Counted from the stretch's first letter, positions 1 to 9,341 are shown. The stretch is 64,000 nucleotides of DNA from a virus (IMGVR_UViG_2873258297_000006:14029-78028); one strand, 5' to 3'. The notes: generated by a model from the sequence alone, not told the origin. Program-made: numbers and translations.

Positions 1-546
1 CAGCGGTTCGCCGGAACCCAGGAAGCCCGCGGCATCAACCCCGGCAAGCCCGACGACCTCGAGGCCGCGGTGCGTATGCACCAAGAGTTCACCGTCCAGA
101 ACTACCTCGAACTCCAGCGCATTGCCCCCGACCTGCCGTGGATACCGGTCCTACAAGGCTGGGCGCTCGAGGACTACGAGCGGTGCGCACAGATGTACGC
201 CGACGCGGGCGTCGACCTCGCCGCTGCCCCGGTTGTCGGCCTTGGGTCCGTGTGCCGACGGCAGGCCACCGAAGAGATCGCCCGCATCGTCGACACCTTC
301 CATGGCCGCGGCCTGCGCCTGCATGGCTTCGGCGTGAAGACCGATGGGCTCGCTGATTACGGCGACCAGCTCGTATCCGCCGACTCCATGGCCTGGTCGG
401 TCGGAGGCCGCCGCAATCCCCGCCTCCCGGAATGCACCCACCGCGCGAAGAACTGCGCGAACTGCGCCACCTACGCCCTGCGCTGGCACCAGCGCATCGT
501 CAACGCCCCACCCACCTGGCGACAGCACCACCTGTTCGCTGCCTGA
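1..546 (+). CDS. DpdA/queuine tRNA-ribosyltransferase (TGT)-like protein, 5' truncated by window edge
   Basis: Frame is open from base 1. Motifs PVLQGW, GLGSVCRRQ, HGFGVK, SADSMAWS and a Cys-rich tail (CTHRAKNCANC) resemble deazapurine DNA-modification/TGT-like phage proteins. Confidence 0.6.
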   Translation, partial: QRFAGTQEARGINPGKPDDLEAAVRMHQEFTVQNYLELQRIAPDLPWIPVLQGWALEDYERCAQMYADAGVDLAAAPVVGLGSVCRRQATEEIARIVDTFHGRGLRLHGFGVKTDGLADYGDQLVSADSMAWSVGGRRNPRLPECTHRAKNCANCATYALRWHQRIVNAPPTWRQHHLFAA

Positions 547-562
547 CCTCGAAGGAGACCCG

Positions 563-868
563 ATGACGATCCACACCGGTGCCCCGATGCCCGAGTCCCT
601 GCGCCACCAGATGCGCGCCACGCAGCACCCGGCCCGCGCCGTCGACTGCCCGCACTGCGGCGCCCACGCCCACCGCCCGTGCCACCTCCGCACGACCGGC
701 CGCCAGTTGCCGCAGCCGCACCCGCAGCGCGTCTCCGCCTGGGCGCAGACCACCGCCTGCTGCCCCGAATGCCAGGTCGAGCCGACCGTGCCCTGCCACG
801 ACGAAGGCCGCGCACGGGCCACCGTCCACCACCGCCGCCAGCAGGAAGCCGAGGCCACCGCCGCATGA
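563..868 (+). CDS. Zinc-finger-like hypothetical protein
   Basis: RBS GAAGGAG; two CxxC...C/H modules (CPHC, CPEC). Confidence 0.7.
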   Translation: MTIHTGAPMPESLRHQMRATQHPARAVDCPHCGAHAHRPCHLRTTGRQLPQPHPQRVSAWAQTTACCPECQVEPTVPCHDEGRARATVHHRRQQEAEATAA

Positions 869-1080
869 GCCCTTACGAGCGCCTGATGGCGGAGGCCCTG
901 CCGACCGGCACGTTCGGCCACGCCGAGCCCGTCCGCCCCCGTCCGGCCGAGCGGGTCTCCCTGTGGACGCCCGACGAGCAGGCCGCACACGTCGCCGCCC
1001 TCGTGGCCGAGCTGGACCGGCTCGAAGGCCGCGGCACCGGCAAGCCGCGCCTGCGGGTCATTGAAGGCGAGGCCGCCTGA
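865..1080 (+). CDS. Hypothetical protein
   Basis: ATGA overlap with the previous stop; operon coupling. Confidence 0.65.
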   Translation: MSPYERLMAEALPTGTFGHAEPVRPRPAERVSLWTPDEQAAHVAALVAELDRLEGRGTGKPRLRVIEGEAA

Positions 1081-1787
1081 TGACCGCCTGCCCGAACCCG
1101 ACGAAGTCCCGGTACGCGACCCGTGAGGCTGCCGAGACTGCGGCCCGCCGTGTCGCCCTGCGCATCGAGGCGCCGCTGAGGCCCTACGAATGCGCCTGCA
1201 CCTGGTGGCACCTCACCAAGAACCTGCCCGAGCGCCCCGTCGACGTCTCCGCCGCCACCCGCCACGACATCGAGTTCCTGAATGTCCTGCCCGACATCGA
1301 CTTCCGCGAGGTCGTCGTCCGCGACGCCGACGGGCAAGGCGACCCCGGGCAGCGGGCCGCACTCCGCCACCACCGCAACCAGGTCCGCTGGAAGAAGCAG
1401 CTCGGCCAGCTGATCGCCGACGTGGAAGAGCAGCTGAAAGACCGCCGCGGCGACAAGTCGCTCGCAAGCCACGACTGGGCGAAGCGGGCCACCGGCTACC
1501 GGGACTCGCTGATCGTGCGGCTCAACGAGTGCAAGCGGCTCCGTGCCGCCGACCACGCGCAGGCGATCGTCAACCAGGAACATCGCCGCCGGGATGCCGA
1601 GATAGCAGCCGCGGCCGGGGCCACCGTGAAGGAACTCCGGGCAGCGGCAGGGGAGATCGCAGTCCAGCGGCTGATCGCGGCCCACGGCCCAGAGTTCGAC
1701 GACTACCTGGCCGAGGAGTACGCGGTGTTGGGGATCAGCTTGCCGGCCCGTGTCGAACGTCACCGGCGCGAACGAGGTGCCGCCTGA
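1080..1787 (+). CDS. Hypothetical protein (N-terminal Cys/His motif, coiled coil)
   Basis: TGATG coupling; YECACTWWH motif; GC3-rich codons. Confidence 0.75.
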   Translation: MTACPNPTKSRYATREAAETAARRVALRIEAPLRPYECACTWWHLTKNLPERPVDVSAATRHDIEFLNVLPDIDFREVVVRDADGQGDPGQRAALRHHRNQVRWKKQLGQLIADVEEQLKDRRGDKSLASHDWAKRATGYRDSLIVRLNECKRLRAADHAQAIVNQEHRRRDAEIAAAAGATVKELRAAAGEIAVQRLIAAHGPEFDDYLAEEYAVLGISLPARVERHRRERGAA

Positions 1788-1903
1788 TGTCGCCCGTTGT
1801 CCTCCGCCCGCAGCCGCCCGGCCTGATCCGTGACCGCCCGCCTGCCCCCGCCCGACCACTGTGACCTGCACGAATCCGTGAACTGACCGACAGGAGAACC
1901 GAC

Positions 1904-2458
1904 ATGACCGACCGCACGCCGCTCACTGAGCAGCAGCTCGACAGCTACGCCGAACTCGCGATCACCGCCGAACACGACGGGATCCAGGTTGATCCGGCCG
2001 TCGTCACACGGCTCGTCGACGAGGTTCGCCGCCTGCAGTTTCAGTGCCGCTACCTGATCGGCCAGCTCGCGAAGCGGGACGCGGCGTCCGGCCGCGGCGA
2101 CCGGGCGGTGCGGGAGTTCCTCACCGCCGACCCCGGCCCGACCGTGCAGCCGACCGGCTACGTCGTCTCCTGCCTGCCCGCGGGTCACGACGACCGGTGG
2201 ACGTTCACCGTTCAGGTGCAGCACGCGGGCGGCGACAAGTTCGTCGTCAGGCACGGCCTCCGCCATTACGGCGTGGACGGCGCATGGTCCTACGAGCCCG
2301 GCTTCGACGAGGACGACGACTCGGCCGAGGTGGAGTGGGCTGATGCGCACCGCTTCGACCACGACACGGCGCTGCGCCTCGCCCGCGAGTTGGCGCCGCG
2401 GCTCACGTACCGGGGCCGGACCGTCGCCGACGTACTGGCCGAGGGAGCGCAGCGATGA
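1904..2458 (+). CDS. Hypothetical protein
   Basis: RBS AGGAGA; typical codon usage. Confidence 0.75.
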   Translation: MTDRTPLTEQQLDSYAELAITAEHDGIQVDPAVVTRLVDEVRRLQFQCRYLIGQLAKRDAASGRGDRAVREFLTADPGPTVQPTGYVVSCLPAGHDDRWTFTVQVQHAGGDKFVVRHGLRHYGVDGAWSYEPGFDEDDDSAEVEWADAHRFDHDTALRLARELAPRLTYRGRTVADVLAEGAQR

Positions 2459-2730
2459 GCGATCTCTTCGAGGCCAACTCCGACGCGGCGACCGCACTTC
2501 TGGCTGCGGGCTGGACCGTCGACGATCACCACTTCCTGCCGACCCTGCGCAACGGCGGCGCCTTCTGGTCCGTCGGCGGTGACGCCACCTCGACGCTCTG
2601 GTCCGGCGACTGGATTGCCGAGTTTGACCGCGGCACCCCGGTGATCGTCGTCGTCGCCGCGTGTCTTGCGGCTGCGGGTCAGACCGCCGAGCGGCTGGCC
2701 GACGTGATCCCGATCCGCCCCACCCCGTGA
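2455..2730 (+). CDS. Hypothetical protein
   Basis: ATGA overlap. Confidence 0.65.
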   Translation: MSDLFEANSDAATALLAAGWTVDDHHFLPTLRNGGAFWSVGGDATSTLWSGDWIAEFDRGTPVIVVVAACLAAAGQTAERLADVIPIRPTP

Positions 2731-2807
2731 CACGCAGGACGGTCGGCCCCGCCGTTACCGGGCCCGACCGCGGCACCCATCATCCCGCACCGATCAAGGA
2801 GCAGCAC

Positions 2808-3986
2808 ATGACCGAGACCACCAACCCGCAGCCCGACCGGGTCACCGCGATCTACGACGCCATCGACGCCTTCCAGCGCACCCATAGGACCGGCGGCGGG
2901 CTTCAGCACGCACAGATCCGGGCCCTGCTCGCCGAGCACCTGGACCGCGCGCTGCCTACCGCGCCTGCCGCTGTGCCGTCTGCGCCCGCCGACCGGGTGG
3001 CGATCCTGCGGGAGGCCGCGCAGCGCCTGTACACCGCCCTCTTCCCCGCCGTCTACGACGACATGGGCCAGAAAGCAGCTGAGGGCGTCAACCGCGCGGT
3101 GAGCGAGCTGCGCCGCATGGCCGACGACGAGCAGATCGGGCTGCGTCTGCCGGACCACACCGTGAACGAGGAGGCGCACCCCCTCGACTGCGACGAATGC
3201 GGACACCCGTCCGCTGTGCACAGCACGGGCGAGGACCCCGTCAGTCCGGGCGAATGCTCCCTGTGCCCGGACGGCGAGCAGACCCACGACTACCGGCCGG
3301 ACCCCGGGACCGTTGCGGCGCCGCCGACCGAGCAGCGGAAGCCCGTCGACCGCGCGGCGGTACTCCACGAAGCATCGGCCGCCGTGATGGCTCTCGACTA
3401 CCACGAGCTGCGCGCCGACTTCGAGTACGACAGTCAGCGCGACGCCTGGGACGGCGGAACGATCGACGCCGCTCAACTCCTGAGCTGCATGGCCAAGGAA
3501 GCCGAGTCGACGACCAACGAGCTGCCCGGCGACGAGGCGCAGCAGCAGGAGTCGGAGTCCGGCTGCGCGCACTGCGTCTGCTGCCACGCCTGGGGCGACT
3601 GCGAGGCGCAGCAGCCCGAGACGCAGGCGCCCGTCCGCGTCGAAACCCTCGCCCGCCTCCTGTGCGACGCCGACACCGCCCTGACCGACGGACCCAGTTG
3701 GGACCGGATCAGCCAGACGCCCGGCCTTGGCCGCGACGAGTACCGCAACGCGGCCCGCTACCTGCTCCGCAAGGTGACCGTGACGCAGGCCGACAACGGA
3801 TCCGTCGAGTGCGGCGATCAGATCCCGGGCATGACTTGCACCCTGCCGGACGGCCCGCACGACGACTGGAAGCACCGAGACGAAGAGGGCCACTGGTGGT
3901 CCCAGATGCGCGTGCCGCCGCACAACAACCGTGACCGCCTCGCCGCAGAGCCCGCCGCCGTGTCCCAGCCCGGCAAGGAGGCCTGA
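2808..3986 (+). CDS. Mosaic hypothetical protein with Cys/His motifs
   Basis: RBS AAGGAG before ATG 2808; long ORF with host-like codon bias. Confidence 0.7.
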   Translation: MTETTNPQPDRVTAIYDAIDAFQRTHRTGGGLQHAQIRALLAEHLDRALPTAPAAVPSAPADRVAILREAAQRLYTALFPAVYDDMGQKAAEGVNRAVSELRRMADDEQIGLRLPDHTVNEEAHPLDCDECGHPSAVHSTGEDPVSPGECSLCPDGEQTHDYRPDPGTVAAPPTEQRKPVDRAAVLHEASAAVMALDYHELRADFEYDSQRDAWDGGTIDAAQLLSCMAKEAESTTNELPGDEAQQQESESGCAHCVCCHAWGDCEAQQPETQAPVRVETLARLLCDADTALTDGPSWDRISQTPGLGRDEYRNAARYLLRKVTVTQADNGSVECGDQIPGMTCTLPDGPHDDWKHRDEEGHWWSQMRVPPHNNRDRLAAEPAAVSQPGKEA

Positions 3987-3988
3987 CC

Positions 3989-4264
3989 ATGGCCGTCCAC
4001 GCCTGCCCGCCCGACGGCTCGGGCCTCACCCCCTGCTGCGCCCGCACTCCCTTCGAGCTTGCCGAAGACGATCGGATCAGCAGCGAGGCGCCCGTCACCT
4101 GCCCCGGGCCCGCCGCCGTGTCGCGACCCGGCAAGGAGGCCTTCACCCCGCCCGTGCACTACGAGCGCGACGACGGCGTCGAGTGCTGCGTCCACGCCGT
4201 CCCCGTCGGGCCCGACTCCTGCACGCACTGCCGCGAGCTCGCCGCCGAGGAGCCCACCCCGTGA
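3989..4264 (+). CDS. Hypothetical protein
   Basis: RBS AAGGAGG; coupled to neighbours. Confidence 0.6.
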   Translation: MAVHACPPDGSGLTPCCARTPFELAEDDRISSEAPVTCPGPAAVSRPGKEAFTPPVHYERDDGVECCVHAVPVGPDSCTHCRELAAEEPTP

Positions 4265-4360
4265 TCGCTGAGGCCATAGACGCCGCCATCGCCATCGGCT
4301 GGGCCTTGCTCGGCTGGATCATCTTCTTCGCCACCGTCGCCGCGATCCTCGGTGTGCGGT
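4261..4360 (+). pseudogene. Probable truncated small membrane protein gene
   Basis: GTGA-coupled start encoding a hydrophobic helix (MIAEAIDAAIAIGWALLGWIIFFATVAAILG); the frame then runs antisense through another gene pair. Confidence 0.4.
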
Positions 4361-4381
4361 GCGAGGCGCTGGGAGCGGCGC

Positions 4382-4627
4382 TCAGGGCTGTTTGCGGGGG
4401 CGTCCGCCTCCGGCTCCGCGGCCGGGGCGGTGGGCTGCCCATTGGTCGATCGTCGTGTCCTGCCATACCGGGGAGCGGCCGAACATGTTGTCTGGCGGCG
4501 GGAAGTCGCCGACTTTGGGGCGGCCGGCGCGCCGGTTCGCTTCGGCCTTGGTGTGGTAGCTGCGCACCGTCTCGTAGGACAGGCCGAGGTGGGTGGCGAT
4601 GGCCTGTAGGTCCAGCAGGTCGGCCAT
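4382..4627 (-). CDS. AlpA/MerR-like helix-turn-helix DNA-binding protein
   Basis: LLDLQAIATHLGLSYETVRSY HTH; FPPPD..FGRSPVW...IDQW pattern. Confidence 0.7.
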   Translation of the reverse strand: MADLLDLQAIATHLGLSYETVRSYHTKAEANRRAGRPKVGDFPPPDNMFGRSPVWQDTTIDQWAAHRPGRGAGGGRPRKQP

Positions 4628-4833
4628 CAGGCGGCCGTCAGGCGTTCGAAGGACACCAGGGAGGGCTCGGTGTCGCCGTCCCAGATGACCAGCGCCTCGT
4701 ACTCGCCGCCGTTCTCGGTGGTCTGGCTGGTGCGGAGCTGGCGGTCGTAGAACTCGCCGGTGCGGATGATGCGGCCGGTGGGCGTGACGCCGTTGACGCG
4801 CTGGCCGGTGCGGTAGGCGAGGTGCTGGGTCAT
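4627..4833 (-). CDS. Hypothetical protein
   Basis: RBS GGGAGG on minus strand; TGATG coupling to the HTH gene. Confidence 0.55.
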   Translation of the reverse strand: MTQHLAYRTGQRVNGVTPTGRIIRTGEFYDRQLRTSQTTENGGEYEALVIWDGDTEPSLVSFERLTAA

Positions 4834-4940
4834 GGGGTTCCTCCCTAGAACGTTCACCGCGTCTTGCGGTGCAAGTAAGACGGTACGCCTCTCACGCCAA
4901 AACAACAACCCCGCCATGCAGTGAAAGTTTTAGGAGACCC

Positions 4941-5717
4941 ATGACCAGCCCCGACACCCTCGACATCACCCTCACCCCGCCCCCCGGCGGCCAGATACTC
5001 CACCAGTCCGACCGCGCCACCATCATCTGGGGAGACTGCCGCGACCCCGACGTCATAGCCCAAGTCCCCCTGGACTACGACCTGCTGTGCACCGACCCGC
5101 CCTACGGCGTGGGCTGGCAGTCCAGCCGGGGCAAAAACTTCGCCAAGATCGAGGGCGACGACGGGGCCACCGACTGGCCCGGCGTACTCAGGCTCTGGGC
5201 GCGCCGCCTGCGTAACTCCCGGCACGTCTACGTGTTCGGATACTCCTCGGACGAGTTGACCGAACCCCTCGGTCTCGGACCCACCGCCGAGATCATCTGG
5301 GACAAGAGGGCGATCGGCATGGGCAACCTGAGCATGCCCTGGGGGCCCGGACACGAAGTGATCACCTTCGGTGTGTCCAACGTGAACCCGAAGCACGGGG
5401 GGAAGGCCCGCCAGGGTGGGCTGACCGCCCGCATGAGGCAGGGATCCGTCATCCGCGTGCCTCGCAAGAACGCCACGGCCGTCACCCGGCATCCGACCGA
5501 AAAACCCTGGCCCCTGCTCGCACAACTGATCGAATCGTCCACCATGCGCGGCGACCTCGTCGTCGACCCATGCGCCGGATCGGGCAGCACCGGCGTTGCC
5601 GCCGTCCTCGAAGGCCGTCGCTGCTTCCTCGTCGAAGTCGACCGCCAGTACGCCGAACTCGCCGTCCAGCGAGTACAGGCGGCCGAGCGGCTCGCCCGGC
5701 AGATGGAGGCGTCGTGA
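4941..5717 (+). CDS. DNA (N6-adenine/N4-cytosine) methyltransferase, beta-type motif order
   Basis: Catalytic DPPY precedes SAM-binding DPCAGSGSTG; HPTEKP motif; RBS TAGGAG. Confidence 0.9.
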   Translation: MTSPDTLDITLTPPPGGQILHQSDRATIIWGDCRDPDVIAQVPLDYDLLCTDPPYGVGWQSSRGKNFAKIEGDDGATDWPGVLRLWARRLRNSRHVYVFGYSSDELTEPLGLGPTAEIIWDKRAIGMGNLSMPWGPGHEVITFGVSNVNPKHGGKARQGGLTARMRQGSVIRVPRKNATAVTRHPTEKPWPLLAQLIESSTMRGDLVVDPCAGSGSTGVAAVLEGRRCFLVEVDRQYAELAVQRVQAAERLARQMEAS

Positions 5718-5857
5718 TTGCCGTCGACTGGGGCTGGGTCGCCGCCATCACCGTCATCGTCTGGCCCTTCGCCTACAGCGCCCTCTCCGCCATCCGGCGG
5801 GGCGGGCGCGCCCTCACCCACACCATCCGCACACACCACCGACGGAGCACCCGATGA
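5714..5857 (+). CDS. Small membrane protein
   Basis: GTGA overlap; one hydrophobic helix. Confidence 0.5.
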   Translation: MIAVDWGWVAAITVIVWPFAYSALSAIRRGGRALTHTIRTHHRRSTR

Positions 5858-6147
5858 CCACACCCGCCGACGAACTCCGGGCCGCAGCCGCCGCCCTGAG
5901 GGCGCGAGCAGTGAAGGTCGAACGCGGCCTCACAGCCGCGCTCTCGGAAGGCACCCGCGATCTCTTCGGCAAGGCGATCCCCGATCGGTCCGCCATGCAC
6001 CCCGGCGTCGGCCTCGCCCTCGCCGCCTGGCTCGACGTGGCAGCCGAGTACGCGGACAAGTGGCCAGCCGATCACCAGACCAACAGCCCGTTCCGGCTTG
6101 GCGCCCTCGCCGTGGCCCGCGCGATCAACGGCGGTGAGCAGCGATGA
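5854..6147 (+). CDS. Hypothetical protein (paralog of 6392-6616)
   Basis: ATGA overlap; ends ALAVARAINGG. Confidence 0.65.
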   Translation: MTTPADELRAAAAALRARAVKVERGLTAALSEGTRDLFGKAIPDRSAMHPGVGLALAAWLDVAAEYADKWPADHQTNSPFRLGALAVARAINGGEQR

Positions 6148-6395
6148 CAGACCAGCCCACGGCCCGCCAGCGTCTCCTCGACGCCATGCGCGCCCGCACA
6201 TGCTTCTGCGGCGCCGACTCCTGCCAGAACGCCGAGCCTCTCGTCGACGCCTACGCCCACGAGTTGGCCGAGCAGCAGCGGCACAACTTCGGCATTGGTG
6301 ACGCACCGGTGAAGGCGCACTGCGATCCCGCCTGCGACTTCTGCCGGGGCGTGTCCAGCGCCGCCGACTTCATCGACCCGGAGACACAGCGATGA
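6144..6395 (+). CDS. Hypothetical protein with Cys motifs
   Basis: Overlapping start/stop chain. Confidence 0.65.
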   Translation: MTDQPTARQRLLDAMRARTCFCGADSCQNAEPLVDAYAHELAEQQRHNFGIGDAPVKAHCDPACDFCRGVSSAADFIDPETQR

Positions 6396-6616
6396 CCCGC
6401 GACGAGCGGGAGCTGCGAACCGCAGCCCAAACCCTTCGTGACGTCGCCCCCGACATCACCGGACGACTTGCCGGACTCGCAGACCCGGTTGCCGACTGGC
6501 TCGACAAGACAGCCGACCACTGCCGGGCCGAGTACCTGTGCTGCGACTACGGCTCATGCTCCGAGGTCACGCCCGCCCTCGCTGTCGCCCGCGCCATCAA
6601 CGGAGGCCAGCCGTGA
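6392..6616 (+). CDS. Hypothetical protein (paralog of 5854-6147)
   Basis: Overlap chain; ends ALAVARAINGG. Confidence 0.65.
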   Translation: MTRDERELRTAAQTLRDVAPDITGRLAGLADPVADWLDKTADHCRAEYLCCDYGSCSEVTPALAVARAINGGQP

Positions 6617-6900
6617 CCCACCTCCTCACCGCGCTCCTCGCCCTGGCCATCGGCTGGTGCTGGGGCCACGCCACCGCCCGTATCCGGGTCGTCGTGGCCG
6701 GCGGCACCGCACAGCAGGACGAGGCCGAACTCGCCGCCGCGGGTCAGCTTCCCGCAGTCGAGGCGCAGCAGCCCGACGGTTGGCAGCAGTGTCCGGCCTC
6801 CGAGTTCGACGGCTACGGCCTTCAGTGCCAGAAAGAAGCCGGGCACAACCTGTGCACCTTCGAGGAGCGGCCCTCCGGCGAGGCGGGGGAGCAGCGGTGA
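6613..6900 (+). CDS. Hypothetical membrane-anchored protein
   Basis: GTGA overlap; N-terminal hydrophobic segment. Confidence 0.55.
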   Translation: MTHLLTALLALAIGWCWGHATARIRVVVAGGTAQQDEAELAAAGQLPAVEAQQPDGWQQCPASEFDGYGLQCQKEAGHNLCTFEERPSGEAGEQR

Positions 6901-7265
6901 CCGACGACCAGGAGACCTTTCACCGCTACGGCACCCCGTGCGCCAACGAGCGCTACCTCGCCCACTTCGGCTTGCAGGTCGATCCGTGGGACCTCGACCA
7001 GTGCGCTGAGTGCGAGTTCTGCGGGAGTTGCGTGATCCACATCTGCTACCGCGACGACGCCAGCACCCTCCTGCACCTCGACCACTTCAAGGACTTCGCC
7101 AACTCCGGCGAGCCCGAGTGCGGGTCGATCGGCGGCCCGTCGAACCTCGTACCCTCGCAGTACCGGCCGCGCCCCTGCAACCTGCCGCCCGGGCACGGCG
7201 GGAAGTGGCATCGGGCGCGGATGGGCTGGCACTGGCCGGTCGCGCGAGTCGGGGAGCGCCGATGA
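6897..7265 (+). CDS. Cys-rich hypothetical protein
   Basis: GTGA overlap. Confidence 0.6.
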   Translation: MTDDQETFHRYGTPCANERYLAHFGLQVDPWDLDQCAECEFCGSCVIHICYRDDASTLLHLDHFKDFANSGEPECGSIGGPSNLVPSQYRPRPCNLPPGHGGKWHRARMGWHWPVARVGERR

Positions 7266-7534
7266 CCGTCGACCTCCCGATCCCCGTGGTCGTGACCCGG
7301 CATCAGTGCCCGTTCTGCCGGATCACCCGGGCGAAGCGTCCGGCGATGGTCGCGCACATCGGCCGCTGCTGGCGCAACCCGGCCGCCCGCAGCTGCAAGA
7401 CCTGCCGCCACTTCGAGCCGCCGGAGGACGGCCCGTACCCGGAGCACCCCGGCTGGCCCGAGAGCTGCACACAGGAGCGCGACCTCGCCGCCGGACTTCA
7501 CACCAACTGCCCGAGCTGGCAGCCCGCCGCCTGA
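7262..7534 (+). CDS. Zinc-finger-like hypothetical protein
   Basis: CPFC...HIGRC, CKTC motifs. Confidence 0.6.
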   Translation: MTVDLPIPVVVTRHQCPFCRITRAKRPAMVAHIGRCWRNPAARSCKTCRHFEPPEDGPYPEHPGWPESCTQERDLAAGLHTNCPSWQPAA

Positions 7535-7607
7535 CCGCTGGACGGCCCGCCTTCACCGACGGGGGCGGGCCGCAACCCCACACCACCACGAACCCTGGAG
7601 GAGTCTC

Positions 7608-7928
7608 ATGCTCAGCACCGACCAGTGGGCCACGATCCGCGGCCTCGTCGCCTGGCTCGACTCGGAGAACGGGCGCAGCCAGCAGGAGATCACCCTGCGC
7701 ATCCTGAAGCTGACCGAGGAGGTTGGCGAGGCTGGCCAGGCCTGGATCGGCGTGACCGGCCAGAACCCGCGCAAGGGCGTCACGCATGATCGGGCGGACG
7801 TTGCCGATGAGCTGTGCGACGTGATCGTCACCGCGGCCGTCGCTCTCGCCTCGGTGATCGATGATCCGGCGGGGCACCTGAACGTGAAGCTGGCGAAGAT
7901 CGCCGCCCGCTCGGGGGTGGACGCCTGA
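7608..7928 (+). CDS. MazG-like nucleotide pyrophosphohydrolase
   Basis: KLTEEVGE...VADELCDV MazG signature; RBS GGAGGAG. Confidence 0.9.
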   Translation: MLSTDQWATIRGLVAWLDSENGRSQQEITLRILKLTEEVGEAGQAWIGVTGQNPRKGVTHDRADVADELCDVIVTAAVALASVIDDPAGHLNVKLAKIAARSGVDA

Positions 7929-8188
7929 TGCCCCGCATGATCAACACTCGTGAGGTGGCCCGCGTCCTCGAGGCCTACCCGCAATCCGAGTTCGCCGACG
8001 GCGACTGGATCCCCGGCTGGCGTGCCGCCCAGGACGGGCGGCGGCGCGTGAACGTCTTCCACGACGGTCACGGCGAGGAGGACGGCCTCGAGCGGTACCG
8101 GCTCGAACTCCAGGCCGCTGGCTACTGCGTGATCCCCGACCAGATGCCCGGCGGCGGACGACGCCGACTGCACATCACCCGAGCCTGA
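7928..8188 (+). CDS. Hypothetical protein
   Basis: TGATG coupling. Confidence 0.65.
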   Translation: MPRMINTREVARVLEAYPQSEFADGDWIPGWRAAQDGRRRVNVFHDGHGEEDGLERYRLELQAAGYCVIPDQMPGGGRRRLHITRA

Positions 8189-8251
8189 CCCCGCCCCTGC
8201 CGCCCCTGTGCCGCGGGGGCGGCACCCCGCACCGAACGTGAGGAACCACCG

Positions 8252-8818
8252 ATGACCGATACCGCCGACCCCTGCGAGCTTGTGGATCTTGTGGACCGCG
8301 AAGGCCGCCCGACACTCCAGCGGATCCCCCGCGATACCGCCGATGACCATCCGGGCCTGTACCTGCCGATCGCCCTCGTGGTCGTCATGTCCAGCATCAC
8401 CGGCGACCTGCTCGTCCATCAACGGAGTTCCGCCTCTGATGCCGCACCCGGCGCCGTCGACCACGTATGCGGCGCCATCCAGTCCGGCGAACCCGCTGAC
8501 GTTGCGGCCCGGAGGGAGGCCCGCGAGGAGGCCGGCGTGGCACTGGATGTGCTGCTGCCGGTGTGCGCTGGGGTCAACGACTACGGCCGCTACCGGCACC
8601 TGTATGCCGGGGTGACCAGGGCAGCGGCAGGCGACCTGGCTGGCGAGGCGGGGGCCGAGCATCTCGGCTACGAGCCGCTCACCCAACTCGTGGGGGATGC
8701 CAAGGCGGGGCGTGTTTTCGTCAAGGGCTTCTTCGATGATCTGGCGTTGGCGGTCCGGAAGTTGGCCGCCAATGCTGTCCGCGGTCCGGTGTCGTGGACC
8801 GGGGAGGCCCGGTCGTGA
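8252..8818 (+). CDS. NUDIX hydrolase (IDI-like)
   Basis: Nudix box GAIQSGEPADVAARREAREEAG; LLVHQRS. Confidence 0.85.
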   Translation: MTDTADPCELVDLVDREGRPTLQRIPRDTADDHPGLYLPIALVVVMSSITGDLLVHQRSSASDAAPGAVDHVCGAIQSGEPADVAARREAREEAGVALDVLLPVCAGVNDYGRYRHLYAGVTRAAAGDLAGEAGAEHLGYEPLTQLVGDAKAGRVFVKGFFDDLALAVRKLAANAVRGPVSWTGEARS

Positions 8819-8973
8819 CCGACGTGCACATGCGCCTGGAGCCGTGCAGCGACGGCGTCCTGTCATGGCTGGCCGCCACACCCGTCCCGTACCCCGACCT
8901 TGTCGGACAGATCAGCGACGGGGAGATCGCCGGGATCGAGACGGTGGAGATCGCGACTGAGGAGTATCTGTGA
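8815..8973 (+). CDS. Hypothetical protein
   Basis: 52-aa ORF bridging two genes with GTGA overlaps at both ends. Confidence 0.5.
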   Translation: MTDVHMRLEPCSDGVLSWLAATPVPYPDLVGQISDGEIAGIETVEIATEEYL

Positions 8974-9341
8974 CCGCTCTGACTTTTCGCCAGCGCCAGG
9001 TCCTCACCCTGGCCGCGTTCGGCAACACGAACGTGATGATCGCCCGGATCCTCGACGTCCACCCGACGACCGTTCAGACCCATCTCACGGCGATCTACCA
9101 GCAGTTGGGGGCCCGGGACCGGGCGAACGCAGTAGCGATCGCCATCCACCGGGGCGACATCAGCCTTGCTGAACTCGCCCGGATCGCAGCCGCATCGAGC
9201 CCACGAGGCGCCGAGACCCAACGAGCGGGCACAGGGCGACCTCAGGGCGCCCCGGAGGCGTCCGGCGGCGCTCGGGACGTCCGAGGCGCTCCCGGGGCCG
9301 CAGGGAGGCGTACAGCGCCGCAAGGGGAGGCGGCAGCGTGA
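8970..9341 (+). CDS. LuxR-family HTH transcriptional regulator
   Basis: LTFRQRQVLTLAAFGNTNVMIARIL...TVQTHLTAIYQQLGARDRANAV. Confidence 0.9.
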   Translation: MTALTFRQRQVLTLAAFGNTNVMIARILDVHPTTVQTHLTAIYQQLGARDRANAVAIAIHRGDISLAELARIAAASSPRGAETQRAGTGRPQGAPEASGGARDVRGAPGAAGRRTAPQGEAAA

